Assembly: GCF_006345805.1 (NCBI RefSeq)
Contig: NC_043001.1
Coordinates: forward strand, 33,542,001-33,606,000
Length of the DNA: 64,000 nt
Source of the DNA: Octopus sinensis
Taxonomy: Eukaryota
Direction: 5' to 3'
Shown piece by piece: positions 35,915-49,025 of this stretch (its first letter is position 1; the number at the start of each line of letters is the position of its first letter). The translations under genes were made by a program, and so were the position numbers. The notes under the pieces were generated by a model that worked only from the letters and a program-made list of their open reading frames with translations, was not told the DNA's origin and made no database searches.

Positions 35915-36265
35915 CCCTTAGTTGTTGAGATCCCCTTCAGTCATAACTGACCTTGGGATTGCATTTAGGAAGTTACCCTCCAAGGCACAAGTCCGGGCAA
36001 GTTTGTTTATGGAAGACCAGCAGTCAGCCATGCATACCAGCCTCCCTTCTCCACGCCACCAGTGTTATCCAAGGGAAAGGCAAAGGGGCCGATACAGCTT
36101 GGCACCTGTGATGTCGCAACTCATTTCTACAGCTGAGTGAACTGGAGCAACGTGAAACAAAGTGTCTTGCTCAAGAACACAACATGCAGCCCGGTCTGGG
36201 ATTCAAACTCACAACCTCACGATCGTGAGCTCGACGCTCTAACCACTGAGCCATGCGCCTTCACA
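35915..36265 (-). mobile_element. SINE-E full length
   Basis: tRNA head GCATGGCTCAGTGGTTAGAGCG...GAGTTTGAATCCC. Confidence 0.9.
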
Positions 36266-36324
36266 GAACCCTTAGTGACAACTGGAAAACTGAAAGGATG
36301 AATATGACAAAGATACTCCTTTTT

Positions 36325-36733
36325 TTACTTTGTAGAGGTTTTGAGGGAGTTCAGGAAGGGATTTCATTACCAGAGCACTTGCACCAGGACAATGCACCAT
36401 TCCACAATTCCATCCTAGTAACCAACTAATTAACAGAGATAGGCTTGAAAACTGTGCCTCATCTTCATTACAGCCCAGACCTCACTCTCTGTGACATTTA
36501 GTTGGTTCCTCAAGCTGATGGAGAAGATGAAGGATGCTGTGACAAGGATCCTGGACACCTTCATTTTGGAGGACTTCTATGGGGTCCTTCATGATGTGGT
36601 TGGAACACTACAACAACTGCATTGAAATCAGATAATCCTGCTTTTGTAGGAGATTAGAGTCTTGTACTTCTTTGAAATTTATAAATGCCATTCCTGAAAA
36701 TAATGTTCCAAAACTTCAAGAATGCACCTTGTA
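36325..36733 (+). mobile_element. mariner (DD34D-type) transposase C-terminal remnant with right TIR
   Basis: YFVEVLREFRK, HQDNAP, YSPDLTLCD; ends AAAACTTCAAGAATGCACCTTG|TA. Confidence 0.8.
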
Positions 36734-36809
36734 TTAGGAAGAAGAATGACAAGATGTGGTTTTGGTGACTTAACAGTATTTAAAACCAGACAGAGAACAA
36801 TGAAGCTTC

Positions 36810-37015
36810 TTTTATTCTTTTACTAGTTTCGGTCATTTGACTGTGGCCATGCTGGAGCACCGTCTTTAGTTGAGCAAATCAATCCCAGGACTTATTCTTT
36901 GTTAGCCTAGTACTTATTCTATCGGTCTCTCATGCCGAACCACTAAGTGATGGGGGTGTAAACACACCAGCATCAGTTGTCAAGCGATGTTGGGGGCACA
37001 AACACAGACATACAA

Positions 37016-37071
<56 letters not shown>

Positions 37072-37109
37072 CACACACACACCACACACACACACACACA
37101 TACACACAA

Positions 37110-37153
<44 letters not shown>

Positions 37154-37333
37154 TATATATATATATATATGGCAGGCTTCTTGCAGCTTCCGTCTACAAA
37201 ATTCACTCACAAGGCTTTGGTCGGCCCGAGGCGATAGTAGAAGACACTTGCCCAAGGTGCCACACAGTGGGACTGAACCCAGAACCATGTGGTTGGTAAG
37301 CAAGCTACTTACCACACAGCCACTCCTGCACCT
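36810..37333 (-). mobile_element. SINE-B full length with long central (CA)n
   Basis: Collinear with the other SINE-B copies. Confidence 0.92.
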
Positions 37334-37926
37334 ATCGGTCTCTCATGCAATATTTTTTTTAAATATCCCATAAATAATGTGGTTTTTTCAACTGCATATA
37401 CTAAAAGTCAGAGGGGTATGGGATAAACTACCCAAGTTTATCTAAGGACTACATCATGCTCCATTGTCTAGTTGCACATGGTTTCTGCAGCTGGATGCCC
37501 TTCCTAATGCTAACCACTACAGTGTATACTGGGTGCTCTTTTTTCAAGCTGTCAGTATGAGTGAGGTCACTATGCACCTTGCAAGACTGTGAACCCTGAA
37601 GGGGAAGATTTATGCTACAAGATGAGGGGTAAAAGTATGAGAAGAGGTCAGAACAGATTATCATCATCATCATTTAATGTTCATGTGTATATGTTAGTGT
37701 GTGGGGGGAAGGGTGCCCATGTGTCTGCACATATTTGGATTAGTGTATGTCCACAAATGTCTGTGATATACATCTATATATCCAAGTGCATATGTGTGAA
37801 TTAGTGTCTATATATGTATGTATGTATATATGTCACTTCTATTTTTTATGATAACCAATTTTGCATGATAACTTTGGCACTCTTCTATTTATTTCTCTAT
37901 AACTTCTGGAGGAGTTACCTCAGTCC

Positions 37927-37960
<34 letters not shown>

Positions 37961-37961
<1 letters not shown>

Positions 37962-38176
37962 GGCATGATAAAAAAATATACAGACAAATACATAACAAAA
38001 ACACCAGGACTTACAAACACATATAACATACAGAAAATTGCACTACTAGGCACTGCACACATCCTACGCAAAACACTAACCATCAGAGCATCACAACAAA
38101 TCACAGCATATACCCAAGGCACACAGAGCTGTGCTCGGTACTGAAGTGAAAGCATGCTATAAAAATAAAACTACTG
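37961..38176 (+). mobile_element. 5'-truncated Dong-clade copy of a second subfamily in (TAA)n
   Basis: GMIKKYTDKYITKTPGLTNTYNIQKIALLGTAHILRKTL aligns with GMIKKGTENY..IPGL..VQKIVLTGTSHVLRRAL; TAA on both sides. Confidence 0.8.
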
Positions 38177-38199
38177 AATAATAATAATAATAATAATAA

Positions 38200-38231
<32 letters not shown>

Positions 38232-38425
38232 AATTATTATGTATAGTGTTCGAGTGCACTACAACTCATCAAAGGTGCATATATAGTACATAGAATTCTG
38301 TATAAAAGTCAGGAAAGTGAACAGGGTATGAGTCAAGATATACATGTGTGCATGTGTATGAAAGGGGTGGATATCAGGTGTAGCATTGGCGAATTTCAGG
38401 AAGCATGGAGGTTTTAAAGGATGCA
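38177..38425 (-). mobile_element. probable CR1/L2 LINE 3' end with (ATT)n tail
   Basis: Minus strand reads CQDIASFKTSMLPEIRQCYT*, then a short UTR and tail. Confidence 0.45.
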
Positions 38426-38649
38426 ATATCTTGGCAGGTTTCTTTCAACTAGGTTTATACCAATTTTTCAAGCATTAGATTAATGTCTTGTCCACATACC
38501 AGTAATTTTTCAAACGGAGATCACAGGGTCACAAAGAAATACAATTTCAGGAGGAAAGGGCGTAATAACATTGTTTAGAAGGGTGCACTTCTTTTCTTGA
38601 TTGGGGTACGTGCCCCTCAGGCCCTCCCTAGGGTCTGCCCCTGTAGTGG

Positions 38650-39190
38650 GTAATATATTTGGCTGATGAGGTCATGAGTTTGTTCCCTGGTGGTGTATTG
38701 TATCCTTGAGTGAGAGGCTTTATTTCATATTTCTTTATTGCCCACAAGGGGCTAAACAAAGAGGGGACAAACAAGGACAGACAAAGGGATTAAGTCGATT
38801 ACATCGGCCCCAGTGCGTAACTGGTACTTAATTTATCAACCCCGAAAGGATGAAAGGCAAAGTCGACCTCGGCGGAATTTGAACTCAGAACGTAACAGCA
38901 GATGAAATACTGCTAAGCATTTTGCCCAGTGTGCTAACCTTTCTGCCAGCTCTCTGCCTTATTTCATGTTACTGCACTCCACTCAGCTTGCAAAAATGAA
39001 TTGTACCTGTAATTCAAAAGGGACAATCTTGTCGTATTCAGTGTGTCATGCTGAGTCTCTCTCAGAGCGACATTAAGGGTACACGTGTCTGTGGAGCGTT
39101 CAGCCACTTGCACTTAAATTTCATGAACAGGCTATCCCATTGACTGAATCAACTGGAACACTCATTGTCATAACTGACAGGGTGCCCAGC
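38650..39190 (+). mobile_element. older SINE-like element interrupted by SINE-A
   Basis: TTGTATCCTTGAG..TTTATTTCA[insert]TGTTACTGCACTCCACTCAGC continues across the insertion. Confidence 0.55.
38729..38958 (-). mobile_element. SINE-A full length with 9-bp TSD
   Basis: TTATTTCAT at 38720 and 38959. Confidence 0.92.
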
Positions 39191-39799
39191 CCCATACTTA
39201 ATTAAGTGATACTTACAAAATATGAACTGTGAACCTCTCTTGGTTGTTTAGTACGTCATTGACACATCTGCATATGTATGATGGATCAGCCAGCAGTAGC
39301 ACAACTTGGAGGGGATGGTCATGATTAGAACTACTCAATAATAGATTTGTTCAATCAGTGCTACATTATATTGACACTTTATTTTCATTAAAGGTGAGAA
39401 AAGAAAAATTAATCCTTATAGATTCGAACTTTGGAACTCAGTCATCTGCGCCTATTTTACTGTCCTTATCAAGGCCCCACGCATAAAATGTCTTTTAAAC
39501 ATTAAACATAATCTATGAAGGAGTGTATATGTATATTTAAGCTACCAAAGATCAAATTTATTCCTCTGTCCCACCACCACTTGCATTATCTCTGTTTAAT
39601 TTTTAGTTGATTTAAATTTAAGGAGATCTCTCACTCTTGTCCTTTTGAGAATAAGCTTGTGTGGTGTCTTCAGAATAATGAATCATACTGACAGAAATAT
39701 GCACTAAAACAATTGTCTGGAAGATATCATCATCATCATCATTATCATCATCGTTGTCACCGTCATCGTCGTCACCGTCATCATCATCATTATCATCAT

Positions 39800-40030
39800 C
39801 ATCATCATCATCATTATCATCACCATCACTATTTAACATCTGTTTTCATGGGCTGGACGGTTTGACAGGAATTTTCAAGCCAGAGAACTATATACCAAGC
39901 TCCATTGTCCACTTTGGCATGGTGCCCTCTAATGCCAACTACTGTACTGGGTGCTTTTTTATGTGGTACTAGCACCAGTGATCTCACCAAATATCTCATA
40001 AGACAGAACCTCACAAATGAGTATAAAAGA
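39800..40030 (-). mobile_element. RTE-tail (diverged)
   Basis: (CAT)n followed by TTTAACATCTGTTTTCATG. Confidence 0.65.
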
Positions 40031-40134
40031 AGAGGGAAGATTTGTCTTTCTTATGTAAGCTGTGTTATATGTCATAATGTGAGATGATGTGTATATGGAG
40101 TGTGTCCAGTGTGGGTTGTATTATATTGTCATGG

Positions 40135-40290
40135 GGGCAGGCAGGGTTGTCTGGTTAAGAAATCTGCTTCCCAACTATGTAGTTTTTAAGTTCAGGTCTA
40201 CAGTATGGCACTCTGGGTATCTTCTAATATAGCACCAGTCCAATGAAAGCCTTGTGAATGGATATGGATTTGGTAGAAAGAAACTGAAAG
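40135..40290 (+). mobile_element. SINE-B 5' half (diverged)
   Basis: CCTTGTGAATGGATATGGATTTGGTAGAAAGAAACTGAAAGAAGCCC. Confidence 0.7.
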
Positions 40291-40427
40291 AAGCCCCTCA
40301 GATATATGTATATAGCTATATCCATTTGTCTCATCTTCACCAGACAATTTTTTTAGTGCAGTATATTTCTGTCTGTATGATTCTTTGTTCTTCTATCCTT
40401 CTTAAACACACACACACGCACACACAT

Positions 40428-40600
40428 TCTTTTCTACTCTAGGCACAAGCCCCAAAATTTTTTGGGAGGGGGGCCAGTCAATTAAATCGACCCCAGTATG
40501 CAACTGGTACTTAATTTATCGACCCCAAAAGGATGAAAGGCAAAGCTGACCTTGGCAGAATTTGAACTCAGAATATAAAGACAGACAAAGCATTTCTCCA
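40428..40600 (-). mobile_element. SINE-A variant
   Basis: GGTACTTAATTTATCGACCCCAAAAGGATGAAAGGC. Confidence 0.8.
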
Positions 40601-40676
40601 GGTGGCCAACTCGCTGCCTTCCCAAATACACATATAAAGGCCACAAATATGTTAAAGGTCACTACAGTTGTTTCAG

Positions 40677-40967
40677 AGAGGCACATGGCCAAGTGGTTAG
40701 AGCAGTGGACTTGTAACCGAGGGATCACGGGTTTGAATCTCAGACCAGGCAATGTGTGCATTTATGAGCGAAAACCCTAAGCTCCACATGTCTCTGGCAG
40801 AAGGTAATGGTGAAATTCTGTTGACTCTTTCGCCACAACTTTCTCTCAGTCTTTCCTCTGGCATCTAGCAGCTCACCAGTGATAGACTGGCATCCCATCC
40901 AGGTGTGGAACCTATACAGCAGCCCTTATGAGCTAAGCATGTCTTGAGAAGGAACAAACACAGACAC
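40677..40967 (+). mobile_element. SINE-D with 9-bp TSD
   Basis: Collinear with 15873; TTGTTTCAG at 40668 and 40968. Confidence 0.88.
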
Positions 40968-41159
40968 TTGTTTCAGGCATGTTTTTCACTCATGAACGAC
41001 TTGATTACATCATGGAAAAAAAAAACTTTTCTTCAGGTAACTTACGAATTAAAAATTTGGTCCAGAAGAAAAGATACCAAGATGGTGAATGTGGATTGAC
41101 CCTTTCATTTTGGCAACAATGAAGAAAGTACACACACACACATGTATATATATATTTTC

Positions 41160-41377
41160 CTTCCGGTCTTTCAAAATGTGACCTCGTGTGTACCGTTGAC
41201 GATTTTTTTCCTCTGTCTTCCCTTCTCTGGATCTTTCCTTCTCCTATGTTTCCGACGAAGAGCTCCGCTCGAAACGTTAAACCCTCCTTCTTTCCTTCTT
41301 TCCTGAGCGTCCAATAATACTATATTTGTTCCACATCCTCGCGTTGTTGTGTTTTTTTTGTGCTTTCTCGTTTGGAT

Positions 41378-41385
<8 letters not shown>
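41160..41385 (+). mobile_element. Penelope-like terminal fragment
   Basis: Contains the minimal hammerhead; same family as 28262 and 53440. Confidence 0.7.
41248..41282 (+). ncRNA. minimal hammerhead motif (CCGACGA core)
   Basis: GUUU|CCGACGA|A|GAGC-UCC-GCUC|GAAACGUU|AAAC. Confidence 0.58.
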
Positions 41386-41467
<82 letters not shown>

Positions 41468-41618
41468 AGTTCAAATAAAGGTTACAAACCTCAATAAAGG
41501 TTAATAAATCCAATGAAAATACTGGTTAGTTACCGATTTAAAAAGTGTTGAATATTGCAATTAATATTCAACTGCAACGTAACTAGACAAACAGCGGTTT
41601 ATGTATATTTAAAGAAGA

Positions 41619-42045
41619 TAAGAACATAGAGAGATAATTAATAATTATTTATTAATTAAAGAATTAGACAACATCTCTGACAGCTGTTTCGAGTCCTGAC
41701 CATTATAAATTAATTACCATATAAATTAATTATAAATTAATTATAAATTAATTACCATAATTAAAACCATTCAAAAGTCGAATCTCATCAGAATTGGCTA
41801 AAAATACAATAAGGTGTTCATATTCCTGCTTGTTGAGTATACGGTTCCAAACTGTTTGAGCCTTATACTCCGCAAGCAGGAATATGAATACCTTGTATAT
41901 TTTTAACCATCTCTGATGAGATTTGACTTTTAAATGGTTTTAATTATGGTAATTAATTTATATGGGTCTGGTATCAAAACAGCTGTCAGAGATGATGTCT
42001 AATTTATTAATTAATAAATAATTATTAATTATCTCTCTATTTTCT

Positions 42046-42047
<2 letters not shown>
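41619..42047. mobile_element. fold-back element with hammerhead motifs in both arms; second copy at 42432-42837
   Basis: Inverted arms; central hairpin TATTCCTGCTTG..CAAGCAGGAATA. Confidence 0.88.
41664..41801 (-). ncRNA. type I hammerhead motif, canonical CUGAUGA core, ~94-nt AU-rich stem II insert
   Basis: CUGAUGA|GAUUCGAC...GUCAGGACUC|GAAAC-AGCU-GUC|AGAG; AGCU palindromic loop. Confidence 0.6.
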
Positions 42048-42257
<210 letters not shown>

Positions 42258-42375
42258 AGAAAATAGAGAGATAATTAATAATTATTTATTAATTAATAAA
42301 TTAGACATCATCTCTGACAGCTGTTTTGATACCAGACCCATATAAATTAATTACCATAATTAAAACCATTTAAAA

Positions 42376-42436
<61 letters not shown>

Positions 42437-42884
42437 TTTATTAATTAAAGAATTAGACAACATCTCTGACAGCTGTTTCGAGTCCTGACCATTATAAATT
42501 AATTACCATATAAATTAATTATAAATTAATTATAAATTAATTACCATAATTAAAACCATTCAAAAGTCGAATCTCATCAGAATTGGCTAAAAATACAATA
42601 AGGTGTTCATATTCCTGCTTGTTGAGTATACGGTTCCAAACTGTTTGAGCCTTATACTCCGCAAGCAGGAATATGAATACCTTGTATATTTTTAGCCATC
42701 TCTGATGAGATTTGACTTTTAAATGGTTTTAATTATGGTAATTAATTTATATGGGTCTGGTATCAAAACAGCTGTCAGAGATGATGTCCTAATTTATTAA
42801 TTAATAAATAATTATTAATTATCTATTATTTCTTACATATATATATATTATATATATATATTATATATTTATAGTATATATATT

Positions 42885-42918
<34 letters not shown>

Positions 42919-43131
42919 TATATAATATATATATATATATATATATAACTATATATATATATATATATTATATAAATATATATATATATATATTATATAT
43001 ATATATATATATATGTAAGAAAATAGAGAGATAATAATAATTTTATATTAATAAATTAGACATCATCTCTGACAGCTGTTTTGATACCAGACCCATATAA
43101 ATTAATTACCATAATTAAAACCATTTAAAAG

Positions 43132-43172
<41 letters not shown>

Positions 43173-43259
43173 ACACATATATATTTTTTGTGTTTTTCAT
43201 CTCGCCTCACACACACACATACACACACGCACACGCACACACTCACACATACACACACA

Positions 43260-43559
43260 TCTGTTGCGTTACCAACCTTGTCTCCACTCTCTTGCCTTTA
43301 AAAACCCACTTTGCTCTGTTTTCGTAAACATCTGCCTTTCACCATGTGCAACTCGTAAACACCAGTCGTCTTTTTTTCTGTTTCCCTGTTGCCCGCTCTG
43401 GGATCTTTCTTTCCTTTCTCTCTCTTCCTTCTTTGTTTCCGACGAAGAGCTCCGCTCGAAACGTCATACCTCCCTGCTTCCTTTTCCTGAGCGCCTATTA
43501 ATAATAATACTGTAATTGTTCCATTGTTGTTGTTTTTTGTTTCCCGTTTGGATTAAAAT

Positions 43560-43560
<1 letters not shown>
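43260..43560 (+). mobile_element. Penelope-like terminal fragment with minimal hammerhead (43435-43469)
   Basis: GTTT|CCGACGA|A|GAGC-TCC-GCTC|GAAACGTC|ATAC (GUC triplet). Confidence 0.68.
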
Positions 43561-43761
<201 letters not shown>

Positions 43762-43762
43762 A

Positions 43763-44070
43763 GTGGAGGTGCAATGGCCCAGTGGTTAGGGCAGTGGACT
43801 CGCGGTTGTAGGATCGCAGTTTCGATTCCAAGACCGGGCGTTGTCAGTGTTTATTGAGTGAAAACACCTAAAGCTCCACGAGGCTCTGGCAGGGGGTGAT
43901 GGCGATCTCTGCTATATTCTTTCGCTGCATCTTTCACTCTTTCTTCTGTTGGCCTGCTCGCTTAGCCAGCGGGGTGGCGTCATTTGAAGGCTAAAACAAT
44001 GCGAAGCGCATTGTGACCAGCGATGTGTAGCAACATCTGATAGCCTGGTCGGTCATGGTGATCACGGTAA
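43763..44070 (+). mobile_element. tRNA-derived SINE with SINE-D-like head and a different 3' body
   Basis: TGGCCCAGTGGTTAGGGC A box, GTTTCGATTCC B box, AAAACACCTAAAGCTCCACG shared with SINE-D. Confidence 0.8.
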
Positions 44071-44119
<49 letters not shown>

Positions 44120-44964
44120 AAATCTGTTCTGTCTGTCTGTGTGTGTGTCTTCTAGGATCTCAGGCATCCTCCATCCGATTGTGCTTAAATTTGATATGTA
44201 GATACCGACGGTATCAGGGTATGTATAAGTCTTGAAAAATTACAAAAATTGATTCCAGGTGAGAATGCGATCGATATCAGCTGTTGTGATGTACTTACTG
44301 GTACTTTAAACTCTTTGGTTGCATATTTTTGTGAATAAATATGCAAGAAATATTCCAATTTCCTTGGAATAGAAAAAAGTCTATCTTTATTTCTTCTTTT
44401 GCTGGTGTCTCAAATTTAGGTTAAATCAATGTTTCTCAAAGGAGGGGGGACAGTCGGACAAGTTGTTTTGAGAAAAATTTGGTTTAAATGTTTGACAACT
44501 CAGCACTGTCCATTGGACGGGGGGGGGCGTTTTCCTCGTATATACATATGTATATATATATATGTATATACGAGGAAAACGCCCCCCCGCCGTCCAATGG
44601 ACAGTGCTGAGTTGTCAAACATTTAACCAAATATATATCTTAGTTATCCATTTGTCTTATCTTCCAGACAATTTTTTTAGTGCATATCTTTGTCAGTATG
44701 ATTCTCTATCCTTCTTAGACTGCCACGCAGTTATTTGCAATTTCATGCTGGCTTCAAATTTGATACTTCACAATTTTTCCTAATTTCATATTTCTAATTC
44801 TAATATCTTTAGATATACAATAATGTTCAGAGCTTTCACAATGACTTCAACTTTTTGTAGAAAGCCAATGAGAAAACTTCTACGTATTTGTCCAGCTTGC
44901 AAAAAATAAATAATTTTACTCTACCACCATAAAAATATTTAACTATACTTAATTTAAATATAGG

Positions 44965-45135
44965 TACAGTAGTGGCAGTGTGGTAAAACGTTTGCTTCCC
45001 AACCACATGGTTCTGAGTTCAGTCCCACTGCATGGCACCTTGGGCAAGTGTCTTCTACTGTAGCCTCAGGCTGACTAAAGTCTTTAGAGTGGATTTGGTT
45101 GGTAGTAATTGAAAGAATCCTGTCATACATAATAC
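44965..45135 (+). mobile_element. SINE-B 5' half
   Basis: GGCACCTTGGGCAAGTGTCTTCTACTG. Confidence 0.8.
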
Positions 45136-45149
45136 AAAAAGATTCCCTT

Positions 45150-45435
45150 CTGTCACCTAGAAGGTTCCCCTCCAAGGCACAAGTCTAGACAAAGTTGTTT
45201 ATGGAAGACCAGCAGTTGTCCATGCACACCAGCCTCCTTTATTCATACCACTAATGTTATCCAAGGGAAAGGCAAAAACCAGTACAACTTGGCATCAGTA
45301 ACATTGCAACTCATTTCTGTAGCTGAGTGAATTGGAGCAATGTGCAATAAAGTGTCTTACTCAAGAACACAGCACACAACCTGGTCCGAGAATCAAATTC
45401 ACTACTTCGTGATTATGAGGTTGATGAGCTATGCA
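45150..45435 (-). mobile_element. SINE-E
   Basis: Collinear with 35915-36265. Confidence 0.8.
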
Positions 45436-45455
45436 TCTTATATATGTATGTGTGT

Positions 45456-45488
<33 letters not shown>

Positions 45489-45491
<3 letters not shown>

Positions 45492-47168
45492 TCATCATCG
45501 TTTAATGTCTGTTTTCCATGCTAGCATGGGTTGGACGGTTCAACCGGGGTCTGGGAAGCCAGGAGGCTGCACCAGGCTCCAGTCTGATCTGGCAGTGTTT
45601 CTACAGCTGGATGCCCTTCCTAATGCCAACCACTCCATGAGTGTAGCGGGTGCTTTTTGCAAAAAAAAAACTGGCACAGGTATCACAACTACAATTTCCA
45701 TTTGATTTTTATTTTGATGTTGATGTACTTGACTCAATAGGTCTCATCAAGCACAGCAGGTCGCCCTACAATCCAAGGTTAGCACAGCAGGCCATTCACT
45801 GAGCCATGAACTCACTTCATTTGTCAGGTCTTCTCAGTCACAGCATATATCTTGAGGTCTCGGTCTTTTGTCATTGCTTCTGTGAGGCCCAATACTCGAA
45901 GGTCATGCTTGACCACCTCATCCCATATCTACCTGAGTCTACCTCTGCCCCAGATTCCTTCAACTGTTTCGGAGTGGCACTTCTTCACACATCTCTCCTC
46001 ATCCATCTGTAGTACATGACCATACCAGCACAGTCGTCTCTCTTGCACACTACATCCAATGCTTCTTATGTCCAACATTTCTCTCAGGGTGCTTACACTC
46101 TGTTGTGCGTGCACACTGACATTACATATCTAGCGGATCATGCTAGCTTCATTTCTTTCGAGCCTACGCATGTCCTCCACAGTCACGGCCCATGTTTCAC
46201 TGCCATGAAGCATGACAGTTCGCACACATGCATCATACAATTTACTTTTTACTCTGAGCAAGAGACCCTTTGTCACCAGTAGGGGTAGAAGCTTTCTAAA
46301 CTTTGCCCAGGCTATTCTTATTCTAGTGGTAACTCTCTCTGAGCATCCTCCCCCACTACTAACTTGGTCACCTAGGTAGTGGAAGCTATCAACTACTTCT
46401 AGTTTCTTCCTCTGGAGTGTGATGGAATCTGTTGTCTGAGTATCTGTGGTGTCTATTGCCCCGGTGCACCTGCCGCACACGAAAGCTATCTTCTCAGTTA
46501 ATTTTCCTTTGATGTTGCTGCATCTCTTATGTGTCCATAGCTTACACTGGGTACATCTTATGGAGTTTCTACCTACACCTTTTCTACAGATCGAGCAGGG
46601 CCACCTACATGAGGGGGCGGGGTGATGAGTTCGCCTTCCTACTTACTAGAACTTTGATCTTTGCTACATTGACTCTAAGGCCTTTTGATTCTAAACCTAG
46701 CTTCCACACACGAAATTTCTTTTCTAGTTCCGGTAGTGATTCTGCTATGAGGGCCAGGTCATCAGCATAGAGGAGCTCCCAGGGGCAACCCATCTTGAAT
46801 TTCTCTGTTATTGCCTGGAGGACTATGATGAATAAAAGGGGGCTGATGGCTGAACCTTGGTGGATCCCTACTTCTACCTGGAGTTCTTCACTATACTCAT
46901 TGCCAATCCTAACCTTACTAACAGCCCTTATTTACCATTCGTCAGTCTCCAGTTTCCGCATCACCCACCAGATAACGGATCGGGGAACCCTGTCAAAGGC
47001 TTTCTCCAAGTTCACAAAAGCTAAGTATAGGGGTTTATCTTTAGCTAGGTATTTCTCCTACAGTTGTCGAACCAGGAATATGGCATCAGTGGTGCTTCTA
47101 CCCAGCACAATAACTGCATCTCATCTAAGCAGACTCTCTCCCTAATGAGATGGGCTATGACCCTCTCA
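45489..47168 (-). mobile_element. 5'-truncated RTE-clade LINE: RT domain, PHD finger, C-terminus, 3'UTR, (GAT)n tail; decayed
   Basis: GRSTTDAIFLVRQL, AFVNLEKAFDRVPR, GIHQGSAISPLLF, LLYADDL, FHYLG, MLHGSETW, WYGHVLQM, GRGR; stops and frameshifts present. Confidence 0.92.
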
Positions 47169-47479
47169 TATATATATGAGTAAGATTCAGTTAAATTAGG
47201 TACTTAAATTGAAGTACCGCATTAGGTCAGAATAATAAACATGCACAACAATATTATGTAACTATCAAACTTGGTACATAAGTACCAGCCGAATGATATT
47301 CTTGCAGTGTTTATAGACAATAAGACTCAACTGAGTGAAGAAATCTGCTGTTGAGCTATTCAGACATGTACATTATATCAAATATACAGTCCATAATATT
47401 TACGAATGGCAGATTCTGAGACAGGTGGATCATCATCCTTGTGATGATTTGAACCAATCTCAACAGGAAGTATTTTTCT

Positions 47480-47830
47480 GCAATATACATGTGACCATGT
47501 CAACACTTTTATTTGGAGTTGTTTACAGCCCCACCAAATTATCATCAAGACACACAACGTTTTGATATCCTCAGAGTTGCTGCCATGAAAACAGCCACTT
47601 ATGTTTATATTGCGGGGTCTTTGATTTCCCTGAGATTGACTGGGAGGCAAAGTGCAGACGATTTCCTTGAACTGGTGCTGAATTCAAATTGGTCCCAAGT
47701 CGTTACCTCCCCCACAAGGGGTAACAACACTTTGGATCTGCTATTTACCGCTTCTCCTGAAACAATTATTAGTGTCACTACTGAAGAAACTTTAGGTGAC
47801 TCTGATCATTCCATGACCATGGCTGACTTG
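47480..47830 (+). mobile_element. CR1/L2-type AP-endonuclease fragment (decayed)
   Basis: LFGVVYSP, FPEIDW, QVVTSPTRGNNTLDLLF, LGDSDHS. Confidence 0.8.
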
Positions 47831-48577
47831 TCTCTGATTGGTTGTAACAAAAAAAAAAAAGGTGAATAAAATATAAATGAGTAACAGTAGAGGTACAGGT
47901 GTCAATTGATTAAGGCAGTTTCAAATGAATCCTTTAATTGATTAATGCAAACATTACATCATTGTAAAGATACCGTTTTCATCAAATGAATTCATGAACT
48001 TCAAAATAATTTAACATAGTTTAAAAGCCACAGCGCAAAAACATTTACAGTAATTCTGCTACTATTTTAGTTGACAGAATAGATTTACCAGAACAGTGTA
48101 TACTTGATCAGAACAGAGAAATTTAGAGGTTAGCAGAGTTTTTAGGAAGGGGAAGGAATAAATGACTCCAGTGACCCAATTATATCTACTTCTAACAAGA
48201 GAGGAGGGCGCGGCTCCATTAGTCTTAGGTTTATCTATTAAGGAGTTGTTTAATGTTTACTGGTCAGTGGTAAGAAAATGATTTGTGGTCAGGTCAACCT
48301 ACTAAATTATCAAAGTCATTTGTGATGGCACCAATATGCAAGTTTTATCTCCACAAGTTGAAGAAAAGGTAAAGGGCTGTAATAAAGAGGTAAGGGATAG
48401 GAAAGGGAGGATAAGGAGAAAAAAGAAAGAAAGAAAGCTGACCCAACCATTACTAATTATCCTAATATTAATAGAGGAAGACTGAAGGATAATGGAATAA
48501 GGGTTATGGGGGCAAAGCTCTAAACTATGACTGGGAATCATTGCATGGGAATAATAAGAACTTACTGCAACTTATGT

Positions 48578-48882
48578 GAAGGCACATGGCTCAGTGGTTA
48601 GAGCATCGAGCTCACGATCATGAGGTTGTGAGTTCGAATCTCGGACTGGGCTGCTTGTTGTGTTCTTCAGCAAGATACTTTATTTACGTTGCTGCAGTTC
48701 ACTCAGCTGTAGAAATGAGTTGTGACGTGACAAGGTGCCAAGATGTATCTGCTGTTGCCTTTCCCTTGGATAACACTGGTGGCGTGGAGAGGAGAGGCCG
48801 AGCCTTGCCTGGACTTGTACCTGGGAGGGTAACTTTCTAGGTGCAATCCTATGGTCAGTGTCATGACCGAAGGGGGTCTCAA
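48578..48882 (+). mobile_element. SINE-E full length
   Basis: TGGCTCAGTGG A box, GAGTTCGAATC B box. Confidence 0.9.
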
Positions 48883-49025
48883 CTACAATTTAGCAGAGTT
48901 GTAATATTATAGCAATAAGAGAAAATAAAAATAATAAGAAATTAAAAATTATAAGAAAAAGAGATGCATTAGGGTATAAAAGTAATAAGAAAATTAAAAT
49001 TTTAAAGAAATAGAGAGTATATAAA

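Noticed and set aside
47180-47480. joining the RTE RT (minus) and CR1 endonuclease (plus) into one element
   Set aside because: Opposite strands and different clades; these are two adjacent relics
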